Shown: positions 22,797 through 35,270 of the stretch, piece after piece
Layout of the letters: the number at the start of each line of letters is the position of its first letter
How positions within the stretch are numbered: position 1 is the stretch's first letter
Assembly (NCBI GenBank): GCA_002269645.1
Contig: NIVC01002639.1
Location: 62,485-126,000 of the forward strand
Origin: Macrostomum lignano
Taxonomy: Eukaryota
Length of the DNA: 63,516 bases
Direction: 5' to 3'
Made by a program: the position numbers and the translations under genes
Notes under the pieces: model-generated
Seen by the model: only the letters and a program-made list of their open reading frames with translations
The model's database searches: none
What the model was told of the DNA's origin: nothing

Positions 22797-25464
22797 GTCA
22801 GGTCTGGACAAAACTCCTGGACAAGTTGTAATTAAGGTCCATGATCATCTGGATTAGCAGCTAAAGAACTCCATATACATATGCTGCAGGAGAAGCCAGA
22901 CAATTGGCCGCCCGACTGACGGAGTCTCTCATAAGCTAATTTGCAGAAATCTACAAAAACAATTGGCACCTTAATTTTAGCGAGTCTCGCGAGTGTCAAT
23001 AATAATCGATGTAAGCTGCAGGAGCGTAAGCGATCGAACTTTTGTTTTACTGCTGACCCTTTATACAATGAAGGTTTAAATCGCTAGCTTGAGTAATCGA
23101 TATACTGGTCGACAGGAAGGTGCATGGCAACGTCGGCTTCATTAAACTTACATGTACTGCATGGCAGGCCTGCTTTCTGTTATGTCCTCTACTTCTGCTT
23201 CTATACCGACTATTGCCTCCAGGCTACCATCTGACATCAAAGTCAAGTCGTCGAAGAAGCCTCTTGCCTCTAGCCGGCGCACGTCTTGCTTGCCCTTTGT
23301 AATACTGTTAGCCTTCGGCTTTTAAAGAAATAAAACATTGTACCCTAGACTATAGACAAAAGAAGAGAAGCATTAGTGCATTTGCTAAACCAAAAGTCCA
23401 TACACAACAAGTCCATACCAAAGTCCATACACAACAAGTCCATACCAAAATCGATGTTTACTGACAGCTGTATTACATATACATATGTAAATTATCGTTA
23501 AAAATAAAACGTAATGTTTTTCTCGATATTTTCCAAGTACGATCATACATGTAATGTTAATGCTCGTGTGTTACTGTCATTATTATGTAGTTGGGTGAAG
23601 CCAAAAATTTTTCCGGAAGGGCCAATTGGCCAGCGGGGTATGTAATCCCCCATTGTCGGCTGATTTTCCATGCAGGAATGGCATTCTTGCACTCTTTTGC
23701 GTGCAGGAATGGATGTCTATGGTAAAATCTCACTGAAAAAGCATTAGGCGCAGAAATGCATTCCTGCACGGTTTTGTGCATTCCTGCACGATGAATCATC
23801 CGACAATGGAATTCCTTCACGTTCACTCGTGCGTGAAGGACATCGTGCACTCGTGCGCTAGCGCGCACTCGTGCATATGTCATTCCCGCACTCGTGACCG
23901 TGCAGGAATATATCATTGCCCATTGCCCATGCCTATGGGGCAAGGACGACTTAAGTCGTCCTTGCTATGGGGCTTGGCACAATCAAGAAATGTTTTCAAC
24001 CATAAAAGCACTTTAATATATCAGAAAAAAACTCCAGAAAAGCATCAGCTTTTTTCAAAGTAAAAGAATACATCTTGCACGTCATGGGCATTTGTTCATT
24101 TGTTTGTTTCTTTGCCTTTTTAGCACGAATTCTAACGAAGCACATTGATCCCGCGTGTGCCACGCCCGCCGATCGATCGTCCGTTTGCAAAGTTTAAGCA
24201 CACCACTTGTTGATTGTTCATCCATGTACAAATACAAATGAAAGCAGACCGTTTTATACATGACAATGACAGCTTAATATGATAGTTTTGATGTCATTGT
24301 CACTTGCCTGCTCCTCTCTTTCAATGTGAGAAAACTATGTGCTATGACGCCTATGGCTATGCTATGAGTAGGCCTAGACTAGAGTAGGCCTATGTATAAA
24401 AACTTTTGTTGAACCCAATAGCTATGCTCTGCTGTTTAAATGATATATTATAATTATATTATTATTGCTGATGGATGGACTATGCCATTGGAATTGTAAA
24501 TATATATTTGAATAATACTAAGAACTACCTTGATTTTCCTTTATTAAAGTTGAATTGAATCTATTTTAGAATTCAAGGTGCATATGCATGCTGCACAAAA
24601 AATCTAGCAAAAAATATAAATATAACATATATACAAAAGAATGATAAAACATGTTATGAAGCACTTAAGCTTAGGTGGCCTAATCAAACTCTTTATTATT
24701 AGGCCCAGGGGCGTAGCGAGGGGGGTATCGGTATATCGGTTTCCAGTTGATTCGTCTGCCGCCAATTCGTCTGCTCAGCAGACGAACTGGCAAACAAATT
24801 CGTCTGCTAGCCAATAAGATTAGAGGAAGAAAAGGAGGGAAAGGGTGATGGAAACCTGCTTTAATCTTCTTTTAATGAATGATTTTCTCGCTGTATATAG
24901 TATAGGCTATATGTGTAGTGTAACAGTGTTATATAGTACATAAATATTCAGAATATGTAATACAATATAGTAACTGCACGACTCGTGACTCGATCTCCTG
25001 ATCTATAGTTAAAAATGAGTACTTATTGTATTTCCTAAATTGCTAAAAATATGGTGTACCTAAAATTTAGGTACTGAGCTATTTTTGAAGTACATGATTA
25101 GTTCGCGTATATTTTACATTTGACTTTTTTATTTCAACGCACTGAGAATATTACGTTTTAATTTGTTATACAACTGGATGACTCTTAATTTTAACATATT
25201 TAACAAGAGTCTAGTAAAACGCGCGGATTTTGAACCCTTTGAGCTCTAATCCCCACTATTTTTGCCAAAACCTAATTTTGAAGTCATACTCGAACAAAAA
25301 CTTGTTGATGGTTTGAATAGAGGTTTAAAAATGGAGTAATTCAAGTGAAAATAAGATTTAAGAAGGCACGCATTGCTCCTGTTGGCTGGGGTACAGTACG
25401 CAGAATGAGTCTGTCTAAACATCTGTCTAAAGCATGTGTTGGCAAAATCTGGCCTCTGCCTCTC

Positions 25465-26145
25465 TCTCCGTCCCTTCTTAGAAACTTCTCTCTTCTCTCC
25501 TCTTTCTTCTTCTTTTCTTATCTCTAATCTATTATCTGCTATTTAATTGTCGACTCTCTCTTCTCTTTTCTCCTTTCTTATCCCTCCTTTTTTATCTCCT
25601 CTCTTCTCTCTCCTCTCTCCTCTCTCCTCCCTCATCTATATCATCTCCATTGCTGTCTCATTTTCCTCACATCTCTTTTCTCTCTTCTCTACAATAAATT
25701 TTTCTCTCTCTCTCTCTCTTTTCTCTCTTCTCTACTCTCTCAGCTCTCCTTCTCCTCCTCATCTCTCCTATCTACTCAGCTCTTAGCTCCCCTTCTTCTC
25801 TTTTCTCGCTCAGAGAGGGTGAAAGAGTGACGACATTGTTGGATGAGAGAGTAAGGTTGAGTGAGAGGGTGAGTGAGAGAGTGGCGAGAGGGTGAGAGGG
25901 TGAGTGGTGAGAGGGTGAGAGGGTGAGTAAGAGAGTGGCGAGAGGGTGAGTCAGAGAGTGGTGAGAGGGTGAGAGGGTGAGTCAGAGAGTGGTGAGAGGG
26001 TGAGTGAGAGAGTGGCGAGAGGGTGAGAGGGTGAGAGGGTGAGTAAGAGAGTGGCGAGAGGGTGAGTCAGAGAGTGGTGAGAGGGTGAGAGGGTGAGTCA
26101 GAGAGTGGTGAGAGGGTGAGAGGGTGAGTGAGAGAGTGGTGAGTG
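25465..26145. repeat. CT-rich then GA-rich low-complexity tracts inside the MULE
   Basis: (CT/CCT)-rich 25465-25810; GAGAGGGTGAGT-type repeats 25815-26145. Confidence 0.9.
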
Positions 26146-27156
26146 GTAGTTTTTGCAGTCCATTAACCTCATACCGGTTCTAATGCAGTTCATAAGATTA
26201 AGAATGTCTCCAAATTTGCAGGTTTAATTTAATGCCCAAGCTATCTATCGCGAGAAAAATCTGTTAGTGCGTAGCATGGGCTCCAAGATTATACATGTAG
26301 TAACATTAATAAAGTTGTCCAAGTGTGTAGCAATTAGCTGGCAATATAGAGAACAAATCATGTGTTGTGCATTGATAGCGGGGGGGGGGGCATTGTGTTG
26401 CTAAGCCGCTGCTATATGCATGGTTAGTCGAGACCAGTCGAGGAATTTACTAAGCCTTGAAGTTCTAGCAATGCTGTATGACGCAATTTGGTATGTGCAA
26501 AGATGCATGGGACTAAACTTGCAGAATAAGAACAAATCAATTATATAATAGAATAGAATAATAGAATGAGTACGAACCACCAATTCCAATCCATTTGTAA
26601 ACAATCAATTGCTTCACTTATAAATTTCACTCACCAGTTTTAGCACGTCAGTAACACTAAGTCTAACTCACACAAAACCTTATTGTTCTCCACGTTGTGT
26701 TAGTTTGTTTTGCTTAACTGTTTCCTATTTAGCTTTTATACGAGCTATAGAAGAGAACAAAATGACATCACAAACTTATTATGCACCACAATGTTATTTA
26801 AAAGCATGCTGTAATTGCAATATATTTAACCTAAATCGCAATTACGTGAAAGACAAAGCCTTCCACTGCAATATGTATATCAAATGCCTTAACCTACAGG
26901 CTAGGTGATAATAAATCATACACGATGCAAATACATACACATACAGTACGCACGCCTGCTTTCATTACTTTTATAATTAGTTCAAGATAAAAAATGGGAA
27001 TCCCAAAAAAGTTATAATGGGATAGAAGCTGATAAAAGCTAAAGTGAATAAGTGAATCGATGAAATAGGTGAATGAATAAATGAATGAATGCGTGTGAGC
27101 TAGGGACTGGTTAGAGAACCGAGATGTTCGCAAAGTGTTCAGCAAATTCAGGAAAA

Positions 27157-29530
27157 TCACGCAGCAGACAATTTGGTGAACTTGGCTGTGAGCTGGGTGC
27201 AAATAATCAGAAGGCGCAGGACGTCAGCTTCTTCGCGAGCGCTGCTCTCGAACTCACGCCAGGCAGATTGAAGCTTCTCCTCTCATCGCCTGTAAACTGG
27301 CCTCACTCGCCGTGCGACACCGACTGAAGCTTGCAGCTGTTGAGCTTGCAGGACTGCCAATGTCGATTGCTGCGCCAGAAGGTCTGCCAAAGCGTACAAA
27401 TTCAGGTTGCCTTTCCTGGCTCGTCGATTGAGGGCCAGGTGCCAGCCCTCGACTTAATTGTTTGTGCGCTCCCTCTGCCTGTAGACAGATAGTTCGTCCA
27501 GACTCCAGATACTGCTTGACAGCCATGTCTGCTCCACGTAGCGACACAGCCACACTAATGCCTCGGAGTTTGCTGAATCCACCAGAGTTCCGAATGCAGT
27601 ATAGATATGCGGCGCTGGCAGGTAGATGAGAGCCATCAGCTTCTTGCAAAAAAGCTGTGTCTCCTTATCGGTTGTGTAGGTCGCAGAAAGGCCAAGGTCT
27701 TGAATTTTTCGAAAAATGCTCTGTGCGAAGTGAAATGAGCATCCCTGCAGCTGAGTTTCGGGGCAGGTTTGATGCAAAGCCTCCCACATAGCTGCTTCAA
27801 AGTCGAGCACAGCTGCCGTGGGTCGAGCTCCTGTCAGCTTGATCAGCCGCTTAAGTACATGAACGTAGTCGTGTTTTGATTTTCCAGACATAAGGATGAA
27901 GCACAGAGGTACCTGCTTTTCCTTTCCGTCTTGATGGATAAGACCGTGAACTAAAAATGTACAGGATTGGATTAGTATTTGGTATTAAACGTTTAGTATA
28001 GTTGGATTTAGTATTTAGTAGTTTATATCAGTAGTAAGATTTAGTTATATAGATTAGTATTAAAAGATTTAAAGCAAATTAAAAAGTAACTCACCGGAAT
28101 AAAGCTGCATAAACGGATTTTTAACAACGTAGAATGTTCCATCCATGAACCATTGATTCATAGTAGTCAGAATCTCCAGTTGCTCATCAGTGGCAAACAA
28201 CAAATGGCGCTTATGGGTTCTGGCCACGGTGATGTCCGCTTTAAGAAAGTTGGAGGGGAGGGCCAGCTCTTGAAGTTCAAATCGAAGATCATGTGGATGA
28301 TGAGGCTGGCTTCCTGCGCAATATCGGTTAGCGTTTCTAGCCAGCTGCTCAACTGCTGGAAGATTAGCGCCCTGCTCACCTCGCAGTGCCTGTGCTATTA
28401 GGGCACTTTCAGCAATCTCTGCCGCTGATTCAAATCGGCATCGCTTTGCTTCGTGTTTCACTTCCCATTGAATTTCTCTTTTGAGGCCGCCGGACATGTT
28501 GGGCTCGCAGATGTGTTGTCAGCTTACGTGAAAAGCGCCATCAATTGTCTCTTTAACCGAGCCGTTACAGGTCAAAGCACCGTTTCGAACCACGCATTTC
28601 CAGTATTTACACCCAGCTTTACCTCCATTTCTTCCCAGAATATAACCACGGGAAGATACAAGCAAATCGCCGCCACGTTCGCTTACGCCCCGCTTTAGTT
28701 GAAACTGCTCTGGCTCCACGTGCATTACTTGAGCAGGAAGAGCTGCCGGTGGCGCGGCGAAAGCTGCTGGTGGATCGGCAAAAGCTGGCAGATTGGCGAA
28801 AGCTGCTGGTGGATCGGCAAAGGCTGCAGGCAGATCGGCGGGAGCTGCTGGTGGCTCGGCGAAAGCTGCTGGTGGATCGGCAAAGGCTGCAGGCAGATCG
28901 GCGGGAGCTGCTGGTGGCTCGGCGAAAGCTGCTGGTGGATCGGCAAAGGCTGCAGGTGGCTCGGCGAAAGCTGCTGGTGGATCGGCAAAGGCTGCAGGCA
29001 GATCGGCAGGAGCTGCTGGTGGCTCGGCGAAAGCTGCTGGTGGATCGGCAAAGGCTGCAGGCAGATCAGCGGGAGCTGCTGGTGGCTCGGCAAAAGCTGC
29101 TGGCGGATCGGCTGAACCCAGATCAGAAAACTGGCTTGTGCCAACCTTACCAGTACCATTGAGCGTCTGCGTCTGTGTGTGAAAAATTTGTTATCGCTTT
29201 GTTATCACTACGAGATTTACATCAAGCTTAAACTTTGCAGCATGGCCGAAAATATCAACAATTACATGTACCGTAGCATAGCATGTAAACAGTAATTAAT
29301 ATATAATAGAATCCTTTATACTACAGTAGCTGCTGCCAGTCTCTTACCTCATTTTTTCCAGTGCACTTTGAGCATTGCCAATTAAAGGAATGTTCCATCA
29401 AAGCATGGTATTCCTTTCGGCTCAAACCAGTGCCGCAAAGACGGTGCTGCCATAGCTGACAAGAATCGCACTGTAAAGCATGCTGCCGATAACTCACTTC
29501 TTTCTGGCATTCAATGCACATGTCAGTCAT
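27157..29530 (-). pseudogene. PHD-FLYWCH-MULE transposase with three in-frame nonsense codons (about 684 codons)
   Basis: Exons 29530-29348, 29172-28095, 27950-27157 splice in frame. PHD finger (C..C..QCDSC..WQH..C..WQC..C), Ala/Pro repeat linker, FLYWCH-like (YWKC..C..H), DDE core DGTF / VLDFE / NNxVEGWH and GCSFHFAQ. Stops at 28521-28519, 27456-27454, 27285-27283. Confidence 0.88.
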
Positions 29531-30689
29531 ATTTCAGTAGCGCACACACTATATTGAATGTGTTTTTGTTATAATTATTAAAATGAATCCTTTAACACGT
29601 TGAATACTGTCATCTTATTGAAATGATGTTCAAAACGATGGCTTTATTAAAACTGTATACAAAAACTTTAGCTGGGGTGGATGCGATGTAATGAAGAATT
29701 GAGTGGTACAAGCAGGCCTAATTTCATTGGTTGCCGCAGCAGACGAGTAGGCAAAACGTTGCAAACCAATTCGTCTGCTGAGCAGACGAACTGGCGGCAG
29801 ACGAATTGACTGGCACCCTCGGTATATCGGCCGATACCCCCAAATTTCCAAAGCAATTTTTTTCCTTTTTTCAGTTGCAATTGCAAGTGACTGTTAAGGA
29901 AGAGAAAGGTATCCAAATCGAAAGAATAACAATTAACAAACAAATAGAGTAATTAGGCTTAATATGCACTAGAAATACATTAAGGGGATATGTGGATCTC
30001 AAGCCCTTGCTTTCTGACAACAGCTAACCGATACCCCCAAAAAAAAATCCTGGCTACGCCCCTGATTAGGCCTACAGTACAATATTAGCAAAAATTATAA
30101 TTCAATTTACTATCAATGTTATCAATTTATAGTATCAATTTTATAGTGACAAACAGCATAGTAGGCCTCATTTTCCACATAGGCCAACCAATAAATATAA
30201 TATTAATAAGTCAAATAGATTGGAATCTGATGAGTTTAATAGGCCTAGCCATAGCCCATAGGCCTATTAGTATTGACAGTGTTAGGCACTATTAATAAAA
30301 ATCTTAACTTCCATTAATGGCAAAAGTGTTAGTGTTAAAACAAAAATTCCTCACTTATTAACTCTTAATTTTGTTAAGTTAACTGAAAGTTGATTGATAA
30401 TTGTTAATAATCATTTATCCCTTAAACAATATAAACAACAATAACAAAGTTAATATAGGCCTAGAAAATATTGAAATCTTGCACCTTTTTCCAAAACAGA
30501 CTTCATAATGCACTATCTTTGCTTTTCCATCTTTTTAGTAAAATATAGAAGTCATCCAAGTGATTTACAAGCTAAAAAAGTAACACATAATAATTTAAAA
30601 TCTTGTATATAATACTACTTAAAGTAAGCATGTGTTAAAAGAAATGACTTTTTTATTTGAAACTGTCTAAGATAAGATAGTTTTCTTAA

Positions 30690-31620
30690 CACTAACTAAG
30701 TAAATCCGGTGCCTTAGCCATTGAAAGGCTCTTATGCTACTAGAAATAATTGGGTTCCAGATTGGGTTCCTTGTTGTTGATGTTGTTCCAGATTGGGAGA
30801 GTACAAATATACACAAGGTTTCTAAGTTAGAGAGAGTGACTGTGGCCAACAAGCTAAGCAGGCAACATTAGTCAAGCAAAGGGCAGGCCCTACCCCCTGC
30901 CTTCAGGGTATTAAGCCTACTCCGAGCTCAAATCAAAACCTCCCTAGGGCTAGAAAGGGTTGAGTAAACCATTCAGAAAAGCCTGTGCCTTTTCCAAGGT
31001 TAGAAATGCCAAAAAACTGGTCATGAGACTGCCCCCACGGCCATGGCAACCCAAAAGAGCCTTCCTACCCACTAAACCCCAGGTACTCTTGCTAGATAGT
31101 CTCTTATCTTTGAAGCGGCAGGAAGGCTAATTGCCGGGACTTTTCACCCTTTGCTTTGCCAACCTGCCATTTTTATAAGGCCGTGCCAATAGCCCCGTTC
31201 TGGTCAGACTCAGTCCCGGTTCTGGCACACTTTAGCTTTAATAGAGTCGCTGGCTGTTCGCTCAGAGGACACTCCAAGGGGGACCCTCAGAGCATCAATT
31301 GGAACAAGTATAGGCCTGCCTTCCTATATAGCTACCGACAGCCCTTCCTGATCAACTATTACCCTCCAACCCAGCCTACTAACTTGTCATAAGCTTTCAG
31401 CCAGGTAGAGAAAAGTGTCACAGGGGTACAAGACAAAACCATGGATAGTTTTTTTAATCTAAATCTAAATCTAAATAGGTGATTCTGGCGTCTCAGCCAT
31501 TGAACAGGCTCTTATGCCACTAAAGATAATTTGGGTACCAAATTGGGAGTTTGTACACAAGGTTTCTAAGCTAGAGTGAGAGTGTCTATGGCCAACAAGC
31601 TGAGCAAGCAGTTTTCTAGG
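30690..31620 (-). mobile_element. Two diverged direct copies of a probable LINE 3-prime end (about 30700-30865 and 31455-31610)
   Basis: Shared GCCATTGAA.GGCTCTTATGC.ACTA..ACACAAGGTTTCTAAG.TAGAG..GGCCAACAAGCT.AGCA; one copy ends in a (TTTAGA)n tail. LINE assignment is by resemblance only. Confidence 0.45.
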
Positions 31621-32389
31621 TTCAACAGCCTTATACTAGTAGACAATCCCGCAGGAGCACAATTTCCCATTGCTTCTACTACTTTCCAAAGGTTGAACTA
31701 CTATTAGTAATGTAAAAGCAAAACTGCTTATTCTCAACTTTGGGTTACTAAATAAATTCTTCTTGACAAATAGGACTCCAACTGGTAAACACCTTAGCAA
31801 AACTGCTTTGAAAATAGCCCCCCCCCTACTACAATAATGTCAATGTTGCCCAACAGGACCGTATATAATGACTTGATCTATGAGATTTATGTAGGTCCTC
31901 CTTGCACATAGATAAAGGTGAAATGGTTCAATAAAAATCATTTTTTATGATTTTGATTAATTCTTTGTTATTTTTATCTAAACTGACTAGGGCCTATGAT
32001 AAAGCTTTTTTAGTATAAGTAATATTTAAATTAATAAGTTAAAATGACAATTATTTTATTTATATATGATAATAATTATGTTTTATTAAATATTATATTT
32101 TAAAAATATAAATATTATTAACTATACTTATGCTATTAAACTTAGGGCCTAGGCTAAAGAGTTTTATAAAAGTGTTACAGGCCTTTTGGCTCTCTATGTA
32201 AGTCCTACCGTTATGCCACCAAGCTGTGCTAGTGCTCTTCCCTGTACACTGAGAATCCCACCCATTAGCCACCAGCTGTGTAGGGTTACTTTTCTAATTC
32301 CTATTATTGACTGTTCTAAAGCTGCCACCAAAGTTGTTACAAGGGTTATTCCTTCTTATTAATATTGCTGGTTATTACATGCCTTTTAC

Positions 32390-32500
32390 TAATAGCGTAT
32401 GTACTTCTATTGGTAGCGTATATACTCTTATTGGTAGCATATGTACTTTTATTGGTAGCGTATGTACTTTTACTGGTAGCGTCTATACTTCTATTGTACT
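32390..32500. repeat. 21-bp minisatellite, about 5 copies
   Basis: GGTAGCGTATGTACTTCTATT variants. Confidence 0.85.
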
Positions 32501-32559
32501 TTCTGGCCTGAGCAGTCTTTTAGGCACTGTCTATCCTATTCCTATACTCCTCTAAAGAT

Positions 32560-34638
32560 ATTATTCTCAGTCCTGAGCGTTCCCGGGATCAGAGGGTCAC
32601 AGCGCACTTTGCTGGGTATTCTGCCCTGAGGCAGGTTTCTCAGACTCTGAGTCTGGGTTTCTCTACCCTGTGGTAGGATCTCTGCCTCCTAAAGGCAATT
32701 TCTCAGATCCTAGATCTGGTTGTCTTGTTCTCTGAGAACGGGTTGAACTCTCCCAATCTTGGGGCTTCTGATGCTTTCTAAAATAACTAAGTCAGTAAGT
32801 ATCGAGCAATATACTAGAACATTTTTAAGCTTGAAGCCAGCAAAGCACAAGTTGCTCTCCTTCTTATTCGGCTTGTGTATTTATACTCCTCTTGATTTGG
32901 TCTTTTAAACAAATAAAATTTCATAATATTTAAAATATTTACAATATTACTAATATTATACCTATTAAAACAAAATAGTCTAGTTTCAAATATACTACTT
33001 TCTAATAAATGAACAATGCTAAAATAAGGCCTACCTCAAAAGGACTATTTAATTAAATATGTTAATTTTTTATTATCAAACATATTAAATGTTGTCATTG
33101 TTTGAATTTATGAGATCTATTAAATCTTAATAATTTTTTAAACACCTATTAGATAAATACTACTCAAATATTAGGTGCTTAGTCTTTTGTATATAGACAA
33201 TTTTGATTTGGTATTATAAAAACAAATCCAAACTCATTTTCAATCAAAGAAAGCTACACTATCATGTAAGTACAATAATTAGAGATAATTGACTTAATTT
33301 TTTATTAAGTCAATTAATTTGCAAAGTAAATTTGTAAAGAGGTTTATGTCATGGTCATGTGATAAGAAACAGTTATAAATCATGACAATTTGAAATTATT
33401 TTCATTGCTTATTTTGTACAATCCACATAATATGACTGCTTTTTGCATATTGAAGTATATAGGTGTGTGGCCTGTTGTTGTTGGTTTGTCTCAGGGTGGT
33501 CTCGAAGTCCTCTATAGGAGCACTGCCACCAGTGAAGTACAGGCTTCTGCAATGTTGACTGGAGAATGGAGATGGCATGGAGAGTCTCCTGGCACAGGTT
33601 GGTGACCTCTAGGTGCTGGTTTCTTAGAAACTAGTTCTCGTAGTGTAGGTAGTGCTGCCACCAGCTTCGCAGAGTCGCAGCCTTTGGTGAGGTGCTAAGC
33701 TTGTAGAAGCAAATAAGTAAGAGGAGAGAAAAAAAACTCGCACTTCATGCAGATTTAGCAGTTCTCGCATAGAGGTGCCCACCGTCAGCAGTCCCTGCTG
33801 GGCTGGTGCGGGGTGAGAGCAAAAGTGCTAGCTTTGGGCGATCTGAGCTGGCCTGCTAATTGATAGCAAGAGCAATCAGAGGCAGACACGCACAAAGTCG
33901 GGACTCTTGGGAGTTCAAACTCAGACGCAAACTTGGTATACACTCTTGGAAACAGCAGAGAAAGCAGGTTGGCAGGTAGGCTAAATGCTGGAAATGCGGA
34001 AAGGAGAAAGGAGTCTGGAGCAAGGGCACAGAAAGGCTGAACACGCGGAAAGGCCAAAAGGCTTGTCTGAGCCAAGCCATGAGAGGGGCCGCATTTATAG
34101 GGAGGATCGATTGCACCATAGCACAAAAGACCCCTGTTGAGAGTCATAAGTGACTCTGTTGCTATTTTTAGCAACAAACAAGCGGGCCCTGCCTCAGAGG
34201 AGGCAAGGGGGTCCAAGCGCATGTGATCTCCCCATAAACACGAGCCCAACATATAATGATGAAATCATTGCACTTTGGACTAAAGAAGGAAGAAGGCCTT
34301 GTCATGTGACTGACTCATATGACAAGGGGAAAAGGCCCACAAGTGAAGGCACTCGTGACTGTGGGACCGGAAAATGGAATGGCACTCCAAATTTGGAGAT
34401 GCCAAACAGAGAACAAAACAGAGGCAAGCCAGACCAAGCTGTCTTGGCACTGCAAAAAAAAACAAAACAAAAGGGGGCAAACAAGGACAAATAGGCAGAC
34501 AGGCAAACAGGCAGAGGACAGGCCAGAAGACAGGCAAGAGGGACAAGCAACTGCCTAGCAGCAGACAGAAGCCTGGGGCGAGGGTGAGAGCAACAGCTGA
34601 CTAGTGCGGCGCCTAACTAAACTAGCAACTCACTACAA
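32560..34638 (-). mobile_element. Possible decayed LTR-retrotransposon 5-prime portion (LTR-like segment plus gag-like fragments)
   Basis: Minus strand starts TGTAGTGAG at 34638, has TATAAAT near 34099, a PBS-like TGGTGGCAGC at 33663-33654, then gag-like YFTGGSAPIEDF and a stop-riddled coiled-coil-like piece. No second LTR or pol found. Confidence 0.3.
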
Positions 34639-34869
34639 TATTGTATACATGAATTGTTGCATATCATCTGCAAATGTGCTATGAGATGGTGGCATGCATG
34701 GCAGGCATGCTACTCATTTGTTAGTAGGTTTATTATTTCAAAAAATATTTATTGAGCCTACTAAAAGTCTGAAAAACTATACAGAACCACTATGAATCAA
34801 TTCTTTCATTGATTTCATTGCTTTTTCCACTGGGTGATATGCTAATAAATAATAAACAGGGATAATATA

Positions 34870-35270
34870 ATATTTATTATCAAACACTTTAGAAATGCAG
34901 AGTTAAGTGTCTTGTTTAAGTGCACAAATTGTTCCAATGGTATTGGTAATCAAAACCTTAACCTTCAAGTCATAAATCTAATACTCTAACTATTAGGCTA
35001 TAACCCACTTGAAAAGCTCAATCCATTTGGAACAATTTGTGTCCTTGAGCAAGGCACTTAACTCTGCATTGCTTCAGTTCACCTAGCTGTAAAATGGGTA
35101 CCAACATTGGCTAGGGTAATTGAATTTATATATAGCAACCCTTAGTCCTTAGACTGAATAGCAGTATATAGCCTTAAGAATAAGATGCATTATGCAATAT
35201 CTGCAGCTAAGCTATTGGTTGCATATCTGGTCCAATTGGAGTAGGTGCAATCAGGTATTATTCTTATTCT
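34870..35270. mobile_element. Two decayed CORE/MIR-type SINE copies, head to head
   Basis: GTGTCCTTGAGCAAGGCACTTAACTCTGCATTGCTTCAG..CTGTAAAATGGG resembles the CORE-SINE domain. 44-bp arms 34894-34937 and 35027-35070 are inverted copies with 5 mismatches; an AT-decayed tRNA-like head lies on the minus strand at 35000-34940. Confidence 0.6.

Larger units (their letters stand above)
24738..29818 (-). mobile_element. Mutator-like (MULE) DNA transposon, 5.08 kb
   Basis: Imperfect TIRs of about 75 bp starting GG..CCAGT..ATTCGTCTGCCGCCA.TTCGTCTGCTCAGCAGACGAA; 10-bp TSD TCGGTATATC at 24728-24737 and 29819-29828; contains a MULE transposase gene. Confidence 0.88.
24706..30064. mobile_element. Non-autonomous hAT-type element (about 268 bp native length) interrupted by a MULE
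   Basis: TIRs CAGGGGCGTAGC (24706-24717) and GCTACGCCCCTG (30053-30064); perfect 8-bp TSD ATTAGGCC at 24698-24705 and 30065-30072. Confidence 0.85.
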
